Below are positions 1 through 13,038 of a stretch of 64,000 bases of DNA, one piece after another. The stretch lies in NCBI RefSeq assembly GCF_009914755.1, contig NC_060944.1, one strand, 5' to 3'. The notes beneath the pieces are model-generated. The model was given only the letters and a program-made list of their open reading frames with translations, was not told where the DNA came from and did not search any database. Each line of letters begins with the position of its first letter. Position 1 is the first letter of the stretch. Origin of the DNA: the human T2T-CHM13v2.0 reference genome, Homo sapiens. A program made the translations under genes and the position numbers.

Positions 1-149
1 GCTTCTTCTGCCCTGTTACCTACTGAAGTACTCCCCTAATGACCAAGAGGTTGCTCAGCTTGTCAGTGAGACAAGAAAATTCTTGGAGATGTGACAATCA
101 TTCTGGACCTATTCCTCACCTGTAAGATAAGGTGAAAGTCATCTAGGAA

Positions 150-258
150 AAATCCTTAAATCAGATACTGGGGCATACCCTAAATCTACTGTATCAGAAT
201 ATCTGAGAAGATAGTGGCCTATATTTTGAAAATTTCTTCAGGTAGTGGTTGAGAAAGA
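150..258. mobile_element. hAT-Charlie MER5-like fragment
   Basis: Degenerate 'tcagatactgggg..ctaaatctactgtatcagaatatct..ttcttcaggt..gttgagaaa' resembles MER5A/B. Confidence 0.4.
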
Positions 259-1759
259 TTAGGCCAGTTGCTCTCAACAATCTTTTATGGCTAAGACATA
301 CTGCAATAAAAACTCCCATTTGTTCTCTTCAATAAGGAAAAGGCTATGTTAAGTGAGAACTGTGAGAGTAAATCTCTCCTCTCAACCAGTTTACGACTGG
401 CCTTCTAACAAGGGGTTAGGAGTCTAGGGTTGGGGCTGTATTGTCTAGCTAGTCCTGGGGTGGCCACAGCTTACTTTCTACTCACAAGCACTTGACATGG
501 GTTGACCAATAAGTGAGTTTGATGAAGTTTACACATAATGTAACTCAACTCACATTAAATATCTTTGGGAGTTGCTAGACAGCTTTTGTGGCACCCTGTA
601 AACAGTAGAGGCCTTTTGCCATCTTTTAGAAAGGATTTTAGTATATTCCCAATATCCTGTTGATAGTAATCATTGTCTCTGGATATTGCCTTTGATGCCT
701 CTATGCAAGAGATGCATTTAATAAATTACTAAAAATCATTAGCATACACAACTTAATTCTTCTTTGAGTACTTATTGTAGGCAGATTTGAAAATAAAGCC
801 AACAGGGCTATCTCATGGATCTTATGTAATTATATTGGTTCCTGAAACAACTTTTGAGAGTCAAGTACTCAGTCATCTGAAGCAAATTAATTCTCCCTGG
901 ACATGAAGGTGCCATTAAGCATAGCGGCAAGAGATGATTTTCCGGTTGGTACCCTGTTGTCCTTTACTGAAGCCGGTTTACACCACCCTCATGTGAATCA
1001 GACCCTGGATGTGGAGATACGTGCCACCCACGGTGCTTCTAGGTCCCCCCACCGCTGGCACAATTAGATTTCTTTAAGGAATTAGGAAATGAAACTCTAT
1101 ATTAAAATTCATTGCTGAGAACACTACCTACCTTAATATTTTCTGCTGTTCAAAATTTTCCTCTGAAAACAATTAGAGGCTGATGGGGTGTGCATTTGAC
1201 AGTGCAAATGGAGCTACAAATGACCTGGGTGGGCTTCAGCTAAGCACAGGGCAGCTTAGGAATGTATTAAGTGGAGTAATTATCTCATATGGTTTTCCCT
1301 TGGGTTCAGTGACATCTACAAAGTTCGTTTTTCTAAGTTCCTCCTTCTACAAATTTAAACTCAAGGGAAATAGGATCCATATGTCCCTGATTAATTTGCA
1401 CTAACTCATCAAACGTTCTTTTCTTTGTAACTTATTAGATGTCTACAGAGGATTTCAACTGTTTTTTATAAGTTCTTTCAAGCCTTTTTGTCTAGAGGCA
1501 GGAAATGGCCATTTGCCAGCAGCAAGCGAACCCCTAAATAGTCACGTTCTGTTCGGGAGTCAAAGGAAAAAGAAAATCCCCTGTTTTCTAAGTACAGCTG
1601 GGTAATGGTTTTCTTTAGAGGTGATGATAAATGTATTCTCTGAAATGTATTATTAGACTTGTTAAATGTGTAATTAAAGGGATTCCATGAAGTTGTTGCA
1701 GCAGGAATGGGATTTAAATTGCCCCCAAACCCCCTTCCACACACACATTATTACTTTAC

Positions 1760-1810
1760 CTGTGAAAATCTTAAAAGCTGTTGGTTTACCCAGCAGCTTA
1801 GAGCCTTGAA
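1760..1810 (-). other. Candidate 51-nt internal exon
   Basis: Minus strand acceptor atttcatgtttcacttAG and donor CAG|GTAAAGT; length is a multiple of 3; two frames are open; no expression evidence. Confidence 0.35.
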
Positions 1811-1854
1811 CTAAGTGAAACATGAAATATCTTCAATATATGTACCAGAGGCTC

Positions 1855-1884
1855 TGCGTGTGTGTGTGTGCGTGCACGTGTGTG
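1855..1884. repeat. (TG)n / alternating purine-pyrimidine tract
   Basis: tgcgtgtgtgtgtgtgcgtgcacgtgtgtg. Confidence 0.9.
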
Positions 1885-2109
1885 AGACATTGACAAGAGA
1901 AAGATTGATATACTCAAACCCTACATCATACTGTTTTTCATAAATTTCCATATTGAATCCAAGAGACCTCATTTTGAGGATTTAAAATAATGTGGCATCT
2001 TGCTTCATTACCAATAAAAGTAAGCTTTTTGGCCTACCCATAATACCCCAGGGTAACTGGATTTCAAAAGCAAATCAACTTGAGCTTGGTCTTTCACTAA
2101 CTAAAAATA

Positions 2110-2941
2110 CAGTCATGTGCCACATAATGACATTTTTTGTCAACAACAGAACACATGTAAAATGGTGATCTCATAAGATTCTAATGAAGTAGAAACATTC
2201 TTTTCACCTAGTGATGTTCTGATGATTCTGAACTGATGTGGGCCTAGGCTAATGAGTGTTTTTGTCTTCATTTTTGTAACAAAAAAGTTTTAAAAGTCAA
2301 TGAACAGATTTAAAATGTTAAAAACAGAAAAAACTTACAGAATAAGGAGATAAAGAAAGAAAATATTTTTGTGCAGCTATAAAATGTGTTTCTATTTTAA
2401 ACTGTGTTATTACAAGAGTCAAAAGTTTAAAAAATAAAAAATACAATAAGTTAAAGTTAATTTATATTAAAGAAACAACATTTTCAAATAAATTTAGGGT
2501 TGCCTACATGTACAGTGTGTATAAAGTCCACAACAGTGTACAGTAATGAACCAGGCCTTCACATGTACTCACCACTCTCACCCACTGGCTTTCCCAGAGT
2601 AACTCCTAGTCCTGCAAGCTCCATTCATGGTGGATGCCGTATGTAGGTGTGCCATTTTTTAATCTTTTCTACTATACTTTTACTGTACCTTTTCCATGTT
2701 CAGATATGTTTAGATACACAAGTACTTATCATTGTGTTACAATTACCTACAATATGGAGAAAAGCAACATGCTGTACAGGCTTGTAGCTTAGGAGCAATA
2801 GTCTGTACCATATAACCTAGGTGTGTGGTAGTCTGTAGCACCAGGTTTGTATAAGTATACTCTATGATGTTCAAACAATAGTGAAATTGCCTAATGACAC
2901 ATTTCTCGGAATGTATTCCATCATTAGGTGATACATAACCA
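2110..2941 (+). mobile_element. Tigger3 (Golem) family non-autonomous TcMar-Tigger DNA transposon, Tigger3b-like
   Basis: Begins TA|cagtcatgtgccacataatgac and ends 'gaaattgcctaatgacacatttctc..gatacataacca'|TA, matching the Tigger3 termini and TA TSD. Confidence 0.85.
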
Positions 2942-2974
2942 TATATAAATGAAAAATAATCACAGGCATTGAAG

Positions 2975-3146
2975 TATTGAGTGCTTCCTTTGTCTAAGTA
3001 CCTTACTTGAATTAAATAATTTAATTATCACAAAGATGCTATGTTATAGTCATAATTATTCCCCTTTTTTGATGAGATGAGAAAACTTAGACTTTAAAGA
3101 TCATACAGCAAATAAATGGCAGTTGAGTTTTTAATTCAGAATTCCA
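2975..3146 (-). mobile_element. MIR SINE
   Basis: tattgagtgc..gatgagaaaacttaga..gatcatacagc. Confidence 0.65.
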
Positions 3147-3339
3147 AGTTCATAACTACAATCATCAAAAGCATTGTATTTTCCCTTAATGATAAAAGTA
3201 AACTACCGTATCAGAGATCTCCTTTCAATGCTTATGAATCTCACTACAGTCTAATTCAGATCTCTTCTAGCATTATCCCATGTCACCCTCCATGCTGCAG
3301 CTCATACAACTTAGAAAGAGTTGCTTGGTAATTTATTTG

Positions 3340-3435
3340 TGAAACCAAGATGGCAGGTCCATGGTTTGGTCAACTTTTATTGTCTTGCCTTTAGCACAAT
3401 GCCAGGACCATACTCATTGCAAGTTGAATGAAATA
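3340..3435 (+). mobile_element. L2 3' end fragment
   Basis: tagcacaatgccagg..gttgaatgaa. Confidence 0.5.
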
Positions 3436-3794
3436 ATTTACAAATGGGACCTTTTATTATCCAGCCTGCTGCTCTTATAAGCTCCTAAGGCTTCATGTGA
3501 TTAGAACTAGAGCTGAATAGTCATTTGTGGTATCAACATTTCTAAGCCATGGATATTTCCATTAGTTCATTAGTCAAACATGATCAAATGATTAACAAGC
3601 CCAGGAAATTTCAAAATCTCCCTGAGAGCAGGACCCTAATAGTGACTAATTTCTCAGCGATCAGTGCTGCCTTTGTTGCAAACACATGGCTCTTGAGATT
3701 ACAGAGTAAAATCTGTACTTACTCCTGTTATCTCTGCTCAAATACTGCATCTTTGGTGAATTTTTCCTTGGCCTTAGGAAAACTTTTCCCTTCC

Positions 3795-3962
3795 AAATAT
3801 CACTGTCTTTTACTGTGGTTGTGGATGTACCTGTCAGCTTTCCCACTGACTCAAGGACTGCAATTGTGTAAATTCATCCATGCATTGTTTTTGTTTTGTG
3901 TTTTAATCCAAGGAGCCTGGCACATAAAAAGCTTTGACAAAAATGCATTGAATGAACGAATG
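3795..3962 (+). mobile_element. L2 3' end fragment
   Basis: gagcctggcacataaa..ttgaatgaacgaatg. Confidence 0.55.
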
Positions 3963-4649
3963 TTTTGAATTGTTTCTTAAATGATGGAGCTGAGCATGTA
4001 TAAAGCCAGTGTATCTGTCTCATACAGATTAAGATTCAAGCCTTGAACTCTGTTCCTATCCTCAAATGAGGAAAGGGACTGAAAACCAGCCCTAGTGTGC
4101 AGAGATTCAGCCAGACTCTGGATGTAGCCCAGGCTTGGAGAAAATTCTACCCTGCTCTTTCCTTTATCTTGGACAGATGGCAGTGTGCTGGAGTTAGGCA
4201 GCTTTAGACTGTTGTCTAAAATGGGAAGCTTATCCTCAGGACAAATTGGAGACAGTCAAGACTTCAGAAAGCTCACCCCCAAGCCTGAGCTTATGATCTG
4301 TTGATCTATAGCTGATGGGCACACGGCTTACCCCGTTTGCCTGCTTTGCTTTCTCTTTTCCTGCAAAGGCTTGTGTGATTTTAAACACCAGACAACCTTG
4401 GTCTTTAGGTAACTGCATTATCCTTTTTTCAGTTAATCTACTTTTAATTTTTCTCTCTTTTTTTAGTCCACTCAACATTGTCAACACTGTCAAAGATGTC
4501 AATGTTTTCATTTCCAGTTCTGATGATACTATTTTTTAATTGTCATGTATTTCCATATGTAACCTGTTTCTGAAAGGAAAATATGCCCTTCAAAAAAAAT
4601 GTTGGCAGCTTAGATTTCATGTGTAATTCTTTCAAAAGCCTCTCAGTCT

Positions 4650-4875
4650 TTATTTATTTATTTAGCAAATATTCACTGAGTAGCTGGCACACCCTAGGCA
4701 TTGCACACTATTTATACAAAAGCAGTTGATATACAATTCCTGTCCTAAGAAAGCTTACGGTCTGTTGGAGAAAACACAAAGAGGCAATGATCACAGGATA
4801 ATGTGGAAAGTGCTAGGATAAAGGGTGCCCAGGGCAGTGCGGGTGCTGGGCAGAGGACAGAGTCAAGGAAGACTC
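4650..4875 (-). mobile_element. L2 3' end fragment
   Basis: agcaaatattcactgag..ctaggcattg..agcttacggtctg. Confidence 0.6.
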
Positions 4876-4994
4876 TGGGTGCGTTCTGGTTTGAACAGAA
4901 GGTAGAGGGCAGCCTGAATGTTTTTCCTGGGGCTTTTTCTTTTCCTTGGGAGTGAAATCCAAATGCCTGTCTTACCACAAGACCAAGAACACCT

Positions 4995-5450
4995 GATCCT
5001 CGGTCCACAGACTCAAGAGGTCTCAGAGAGTTTGTAAATTTGGGGCAAAGTTTACAGTTATTTTCACTAACCTCTAGTTAAAATTTAGTACTTTCTCCCA
5101 TCATGACTGTAGCCGCAAATCACAGTGGTATCAGCAGTCTTTGTGACTTTGTTATCAGTAGAAATCACAGATATTTCCTATCACATAACAGTTGTTGCAG
5201 AGATCTCAAAACACTACTTATGCTCATCTTGACTTTGAATTATGGTAGACCCACCATAAGATCTTGTTTCAATGTGTTCATAAGTAGTATGCAACGTAAC
5301 CACATAACACATTGTTTCCTTGTAAATGGTATCTCAAAAAAAACTGTTTCTTTTGTAATCTTTTGTATTTTTATTTATTTAAAAACCATATTCTGGGAAG
5401 GATCCATAGGTTCTGCTCAACTACTGAAGAGGTCCATGTTACTAAAAAGT
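4995..5450. mobile_element. hAT-Charlie non-autonomous element (MER119/Charlie-like)
   Basis: Terminal region 'tattctgggaaggatccataggtt..gaggtccatg..aaaaagt' is typical of Charlie MITEs. Confidence 0.5.
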
Positions 5451-5469
5451 CCCGGTGGCCACCACATAC

Positions 5470-5920
5470 CATTTCTCCCTTGCTCCTACCCTCCAGCCTC
5501 CTTGGCCTCTGACTCCACCCGTCACCCTCATGCTCCAGGCCACCACCACATTTGCAGGTCCCCCCACTTATAAGGCTCTTCCTAAAGCTCTCTGCTCACA
5601 CTGACTTCTTTTATTCAGGTCTTATCTCACACAGCACCTCTTCACAAAGACCTTTTCCTGAACCCCCACACAAAGTAGACCTGCCCTCCTTTCACTCTCC
5701 CTCACTTCACCATTTGATTTTTGTGTACAATTCATCGCTACTGGAAAAGCGTATATGTATTGGTTTATCGGCTGTCATCTTACTAGAGTGGCACCTATAT
5801 CAGAGCAAGGACTTCAAATGGCTTGTTCTCTTTTATATTCCCAGAACATTGAACAATGCCTGGAAGGTAGTAGGGGCTTAATAAATGTTCACTGAACAAA
5901 AAGTAATAAATGAGCGAATG
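5470..5920 (+). mobile_element. L2a 3' region
   Basis: ttcaggtcttatctc..gaccttttcctga..gaacaatgcctggaaggtagtaggggcttaataaatg. Confidence 0.75.
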
Positions 5921-6866
5921 GGAGGGGGAGTAGAGAAAGGGGTATGCCAGACAGCAATCAGCGACAAAGATGCAGAGGTGACAAGAAGCCTGAATCCAGG
6001 AGCGTTTACTGCAAAGACTGACAGCAATGGGCCCCTTGTGCGCAGGGTCCCTTGGCCCTCTCACTCTTTCCTGGCCCCTCAGCAGAAATAAAACAGGCTC
6101 ATAGGACTCTTTTTGATAAGAGTAGAGAATACAGTTTGAAGAACTCATAGTCTTAACAGATAAATCTGGAAAATGCTAATGGAGCAGGTTGCCGAGCCAT
6201 TTCTTATTGCCCAACCCTGCTGCCTCTTTCACCTAGTAAAGATGAACAGACATGATTTGCATAACGTGCAGGCACAGACCATCAAAAGTCTGGAAATGAA
6301 TAGAGCTGGCAACAGACATTCTTTTCAAAGGCATCTGCCATAAAGCTAGACTCCTGAGAGAACTTGCAGCATACAATTTTGGGTGCCCAAAGAGCATGCT
6401 TTATGAGGGAGAAAAAAGGTGATGGGTTCATTGTTGCCAGAATGTAGTGTCTTGACACACAGTTTGAGATGTCTGAATCTGACATTTAATAGCTGAGATG
6501 ATAGTGGTCAAATACTTCTCGAGGTCAGATTCATGCAGAGTTCCTGAAAAGGTGAGAAATCACTGAGATCTGTAATGACAAAGCTGATGAGAAGATTGAT
6601 GAAATGGTGGTGGCAACAGGACAAGTCTTCAAAATAGCTTGTGAATGATTTATTTTGTAGCAGCAGAGCCAATTGACAATAGCGGATTGCTAATTAAATA
6701 CCAACCACTGGGAAAATACCATAAATTTCTTTTGGCTCAGTATTGGCAATTGTGTACTTTGAAGCAGAGGCCAAATTATTTTCCAGTGAGTGCTTCATTT
6801 TAGACCTAAATTTTGTGGGCCTCCATCTCTTTTTGCTTTCCCTTCAACCTCCAGCATATTTGATTT

Positions 6867-6968
6867 AAAAGCAAAAAGGAGAAGAGGGAAGAAGAAAGAA
6901 GGGGAAGAAGAGATTGAAGAAGAGAAAGAACAGGTGGGAAGAAGGGAAGAAAGAGGGAGGAAGAAAGA
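6867..6968. repeat. GA-rich polypurine low-complexity tract
   Basis: About 100 nt of almost only A/G. Confidence 0.85.
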
Positions 6969-7010
6969 CACTCCCAAGTGTCCTAATAACATCCTATCAG
7001 AAAGGCTTAT

Positions 7011-7144
7011 GGCCACGTGCGGTGGCTCACACCTGTAATCCCAACACTTTGTGAGGCTGAGGCAGGAGGATTGCTTGAGGCCAACAGTTCAAGAATAGCC
7101 TGGGTAACATTGTGAGACCCTGTTTCTACAAACAATAAAAAAAA
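7011..7144 (+). mobile_element. Free left Alu monomer (FLAM-C-like)
   Basis: ggccacgtgcggtggctcac..ggattgcttgaggcc..gagaccctgtttct plus A tail; no right arm. Confidence 0.85.
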
Positions 7145-7331
7145 GTCTTGCTTTCATTCTTTTCCAGTCTGTGGCTAATTAGGAAACTATAATAACTACA
7201 GTTTATTGAGAACCTATCATAAGATTGGTGTTTTGCTAAGTGTTTATGTTCAGTAAGAGTTAACATTTACTATTTTCTATGTGCCGGACATTGTGCTAAG
7301 TGTGAATTCTCACCAGGACACTATGAAGTAG

Positions 7332-7713
<382 letters not shown>

Positions 7714-8361
7714 GTTTCTCTGTTTTTCTTATAAATGAGGAAACTGAGGCAGATAGTCTTGTTTGAAATACACTGCCATTTTTTAATGAGTGTGAGAATT
7801 TCTGTAAAACAATTTTTAAAGAAACTTTTTATATGAAACTAGTTGATAAGAATTATAGTTTGCTAAGAAATACAATTGAGGCAATTTAAGGAGAATCTGT
7901 AAGATAAATAAGCCGTATATTTAAATTAACTGCTGGCTACAGTTAGGAAATAAAAGAGATGGAGTCTTACTCCTCAAATGAGTAAAGTGCGAAGTGACCT
8001 CAGTTTAGAAAGCAGTTAAGATGGGCTGGAAGAATGAGGTAAGAATCTGGTACCTAGAGAAGCCTTATCTCCCTCTGTCCACTCTCTGGTTTGCACTAGG
8101 TTGGAGAAAGCCATTCTTGGAGTCAGGGATTAATGAATGTGGGAATGCAGAGCAAAATGAGGTTGCTCTCCCCAACAGTTCCATAATCTGAACCTCTATA
8201 GCTGATTGTCAAGGGCCGACCTGCAAAGGCTTTTGTGGCAAAGTCGAGGAGAAGCCTAGAACTCCATGCGATGCAGAGGAGTCTCTTCTGTTGGAGTTAG
8301 GGGAAGCGGCGAGAATAAAAGAAGCACTGCAATCAATTCCAACAAATAAAATGAGAACTGG

Positions 8362-8403
8362 GAAAACTTATCATAGAAAAATGAAAACTTATAATAGAAA
8401 AAT
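8362..8403. repeat. 21-bp tandem duplication
   Basis: gaaaacttat(c/a)atagaaaaat x2, 1 mismatch. Confidence 0.9.
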
Positions 8404-9818
8404 GATTAATGATGAAAATAGGTAAATGTTTCTTTAAATGGCTTTTTGGATAGAACTGATCTATTTTTTTCAGTTAATGTAGATTACCATTTGGTGGTAT
8501 CACGAAGCTTTTATGTTTAAAATCCACACTGGGAAAGGACTAAATAAAGTTCCACATGGATGTCAGGAGAAGAACCTGTCTTATAATTTTGTGAAGTGTC
8601 TAGATTGGGGCAAATACCCACAGGGAGTGGTTATGGCATGGAGACCTTCCCCAACATGGTGGAACCACACTTTCTGGAGCGAGTCAAAGTGCCAATGAAC
8701 CAAAGTGAATGCAGTGATAACTGCAAGAGCAGGCCATCCATCCCTTTCACCCTGGGGTGATGACTATAGCGATGCCAGCGTGACATTGAAAACCAGGACA
8801 CATTAACACATTTGTCACCCCTATGTTTTTAAAGCTTAAGAGGAGCCTAGAGCTTCAAGATTCCCTCTAGTAACAAAGACCCCCAACTGCCATGACAATT
8901 AATCCTGTGGAAAGCTGAGGGTAGAGTGAACAGAGGAACGGCAAGATCCCATTGGCTGTATGGTATGCCGGGTCCCTCTGTGGCACTACTGAGAGTCAGA
9001 CGGGCCCCTGATATGCTGCATACTGAAGAGACTACACACATGTATGAAACAGCAGGTGGGGTTTAGATATTCTCTGATCAAGTTCCTTCACTTGTTTCTC
9101 TGACAGAATCCCTGGCCTGTGCCTTAACAACATCCACACATTCATCTTCCCACTACTTCTTGATAATGAGTTTGAAAACTTGCCATGGACTGCACATAGA
9201 TCTCACTAGAGTTCATGGCGGAGCTGCAGCCCTCAACTTCAGCCAGCCTTTCATTCTGTTTCTCATCAGATACATTTAATGGCAAGTGGGTGTTTAAACC
9301 ACAGGGAAGGGACAGCAAGAACAAATATATAATTAGACATGTTTCCTGGCTGTGTGCTTTGTGGATAGGCCTGTAGGTTTTCTCCTGGGTGACTTGCCCT
9401 AATTGTATCATCAGCTTCCCCCAGCAGACAACTGGGCTGAGTTTGATCCATGAACTTGAAGCACGAGGTGAAGAATCGTGCATCTACAAGAGCAATTATA
9501 ATTATAATTAAGAGTGGGTTGGTTTTCTTTTCGGTTTGCCTTCTCGTTTTTCAGTGAGCATGGCAGGGATTTCCATTAATAATAAAGACATTCTAGAGAT
9601 GTAGAATTAGGAACTGGTCGACTCTGGTTAATTGGCATACTATTGTATTCCCATAAATTCTGTCTGGGACTGCTGTGAATAGATTTAAAGCTACTAGGAA
9701 GAAATAAAATATACAGCCCTTTACAATGAAGTTGTTTTAAGCTTGAAGCTTTTGTGTTTTTAGTGACTTTGAAGCCGGATAAGTATTAACTTGAGTATTT
9801 TATTGTGGAGAATGCTAA

Positions 9819-10026
9819 AGTAACGGACATGATAAGAGTTTCTGGTGGATATTCATAAACTGCCTTTGGATCTGGGAGACAGAGAGTTTTATGAAACTGT
9901 GTAAAAATGTAAATAACAGTATGGCACACATTTACTTTCTGCCACCTCTTGGGTAGTCCATTCTCCTCATTTCCTCTCAGAAAAAGCAAGATTATGGACG
10001 GTAAAAACCCAACTATATTTATAATT
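9819..10026 (+). repeat. Local direct duplication, copy 1 (partner 11088-11298)
   Basis: Manual alignment about 80% identical over ~205 bp. Confidence 0.9.
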
Positions 10027-10239
10027 GGGATATGCTAATTGCAGTATTTTAAAGAAGCTAACACAGCTCAAAATAAACAGCATTTTCAATTTACAAATAG
10101 TGATAACAAAGATTAAATGGGGATTTTCTTTGGAGCACAATTTACAGTGGATTTTAGTGAAAGTTGAAGGAGCCAAGTCAGTTCGTATGCAGCTTAAAAG
10201 CATGTTTTAACTGGCGTTGTCTTCAGGCCACAGGCCCTT

Positions 10240-10590
10240 CAGTGGTAGAAAGAACACCAGAATGGGGTCAGCAGGTTTATTAACTGGAAGTCTTTGGACT
10301 TAAGTTGCTGAAGATCTCTATTAGTTTGCCCATCTTTGAAATGGAGAAGATAATGTATAATTCACAAGGCTGGTGATAATATTCATATGCAGGGTCAGGA
10401 CTAGGGTGAGGTAATCAAGGTGCTTGGGATGCACAGTTTAAGGAGGCAGGTCTCAGCCGCCAACTCTGTGCTTGCATAGCCCTCATATTCTGCACCCCAG
10501 GAGCCTCCTTCACCTCTCTCTAGTCCTAGTGCTGTAAAAGAGGTAGCCCTATTACCATGCCTGGATCATATGGAGGCTCAAAATAAAATG
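10240..10590 (+). mobile_element. MIR interrupted by MER96
   Basis: agtggtagaaagaaca..gtttgcccatctttgaaatggag; resumes ..catgcctgg..gctcaaaataaaatg. Confidence 0.6.
10390..10534. mobile_element. MER96-like hAT MITE
   Basis: Inverted termini cagggtcaggactagggtgagg / cctctctctagtcctagtgctg. Confidence 0.7.
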
Positions 10591-11087
10591 TTTTTCTACT
10601 GTTTGTCCTGTCTGCCTCATAGATATCTTTTGAAAAGTACATAGGGAAAAATAGAGAAATGTACTCAATGCAGTGCTCTACAAATGTTAGCTGATACTAA
10701 ATCACACCAAATCACTAGTAAACCCCTGCTACAGTTATTAGTTGCAATGGTGTTCTCATTTGCAAAGATACATGTGTGTGTATATACAAACAATAGATAT
10801 TATGGTCGTTTGAAGAATTTCAATGAAAAATGTGTATTACTGTGTTGAGAGTAGCCCTTTAAAGTAGGATTGTATTTTTTCCTGAGGACAAATTATAAGC
10901 TTTGTGAAATTAGGGATGGTCTTCTCTTGCCTTATTTAATTTGACTGCCAGCCCAGCACCGTAAGTATATAGGCAAATTGTATCAGAAAATTAGTAGGGT
11001 TGGAAAAATAAATCAGAACTGAACATTGTTCTAGACTTGGATGGCCTTTAGCTGGCAACTGGTGCTAACTGCTGGGTGACTGGAGAC

Positions 11088-11298
11088 AGCAATGGGTATG
11101 GCAAGGGTTTCTGGTAGATATACGTAAGCCTGCCTTTTGGATCTAGGAGACGGAGAGTTTTATGAAACTTTTTAAAAGTGAAAATGACAGTATGACACAA
11201 ATTCACTTTCTGCCACCTCTTGGGTAGTCCATCTATCTCATTACAACTCCAGCAAAAGCAAAATTATTGATGATAAAAATCCAACCATTTGGACAATT
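11088..11298 (+). repeat. Local direct duplication, copy 2 (partner 9819-10026)
   Basis: Same alignment; 28-bp identical core at 11205-11232. Confidence 0.9.
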
Positions 11299-12164
11299 AC
11301 AAGTTAAACTGGGGAAGATGCATAAGTAGGCAGCTAGAGGGACTGGTGTTCTTACCACCCAGAAACTGGATCATTTGGGAGAGAAGCGCAACAAAACCAG
11401 CCATCTATGGCAGTCTCTGACGAAGCCTTAAGCACCCTTTAAAGAGATTCTACAAGAATTGCCTGACTCCATATGATTTAAAAGCTAAATTTATTCAGAG
11501 AAAAGAAAGATTTTTTGCTGAGGGAAGGACGTTGCTGTATGTTTCATCACTTGAGTCGTGGCAGATAATTTGGGTTGAGTTCAAACACAATGTACTTTTC
11601 AAAATGTAAATCTGTGAAGAAAAGCTGAATTTTTAGAGCCATCACAGTTTTAGAAATTTTATGCTGTAATCTGATTTTGTAGTCAAGGTCAGTGGCTAAA
11701 GAATGCTGTTGGAAGGGCCTAGTCTGGGTCAGACAAAGGACCGATTTGGGGAAGATTTGGCTGATGTCTTCTTTTGTGCAGGGAGAGTTATTCTCTCACT
11801 GGGTTTTCTGTGCACCAGTAGGGAAAGAAGCTGCACACACATGGTATGTGTGTCTGTGTTACTCCAAAACCCATCCCAGGCTGTGCTGCAGTCCTTAGTG
11901 AAACGGAGAGATTTTGATGAGTCACCAATAACTGGTTTCCTGGGACTGATCATTTAACATATACAAGCGCACTCAGATTTCTGCTGTGGTTTAGAATAGA
12001 CTGGGGGGTGAAAACCTGCCCAGGTCTCTGTTTCATATTGTGGGAAATGTTTGTCTTCATTCTTTCTCCATAGAGAGGTGGTTTCCATGATCGATGGACA
12101 GTCTGAAGTCTAGAATAATGGTAACTATCATGTTCTGAGCTTGTGTAGCTATCATGTTCTCTAT

Positions 12165-12340
12165 CTTGTGATGTGCCAGGCCTTATTCCAGGTCCTTCAT
12201 GTCGCACCAGCCTCGTGATCTAGGTGTTCTCTTGTCTTTATTTTCCAGATCTAGGAACTGCAGCACAGCTAAGTTCCATGATCAAGGTAGTAAATGTCCC
12301 TGCTGTATGTACCTCGCCCGGGCTCACACTCATCCTGATG
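12165..12340 (-). mobile_element. MIR fragment
   Basis: atgtgccaggcc..ccagatctaggaactgcagcacag..tcaagg. Confidence 0.45.
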
Positions 12341-12684
12341 CAGTAACTTGGAAGTCCTTTGTCTGTGTGCACATTCATGTTTGCTTTTGAAGAACACTGA
12401 AGAGATTCTACTTTGAACAGAAAATATTTACACCGAGGTCCTTGTTCTCTCTGTTGAGTGCTAAAAGTGAGGGCCACCAAGGCAAAGTGACAAGTGGTGC
12501 CAGGCTCTCAGATTTGATGCTTCTGCTTGGGGTAGATTTGTGAGGGGATCTCCAACTCCAGCCCTTTCAGGGGCCAAGGCAGGCCACGTGAATGAGTGAA
12601 GCAGGCTGGGCAGAGACTCCACTAACTTGCTAGTGTCCCTTGGACACAGCTGCAGACACTTGTTGCCAGGAAGGATTAGCCAGG

Positions 12685-12850
12685 GTTGCCTCATAGTTTA
12701 ATTTTTCTGGAGAAGTCAAGCATTGAGATTAAAAAATTTTTGTAACAAATGTTGAGAATTAATTTTAAAACTTTTTTAAACAGTACAAACTAACCCAAAC
12801 ATATCTATGGGCCAGATATAGCTAATGGGCTGTCATTTCTATATAATTTC
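12685..12850. mobile_element. MER102-like hAT-Charlie fragment
   Basis: tttctggagaagtc..ccaaacatatctatgggccagat. Confidence 0.45.
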
Positions 12851-13038
12851 TGTTCTAGGTGAATGATGCGTCACCTACAAAAGGCTTTGGTTTCTTGATC
12901 TTCCTGTTAGGAGGAAAAGGAGCTATCACCTATAGGAAATCCCAGGACTGGGGAATTGTATAATAGAGGGACTTATTTTCTGTGTAGTGCCTAGGTATAG
13001 CCCTGTACACTTTATCTCTCTGCACTATACCGTTCCTT

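Noticed and set aside
112-128. Minus-strand CAG|GTGAGG donor
   Set aside because: Falls in a MIR-core-like remnant (ttcctcacctgtaa) with no convincing partner acceptor
2110-2941. Tigger element as a transposase source
   Set aside because: Internally deleted non-autonomous copy with no ORF
6790-7038. Lys/Glu/Arg-rich ORF
   Set aside because: Translation of a GA-rich low-complexity tract running into a FLAM
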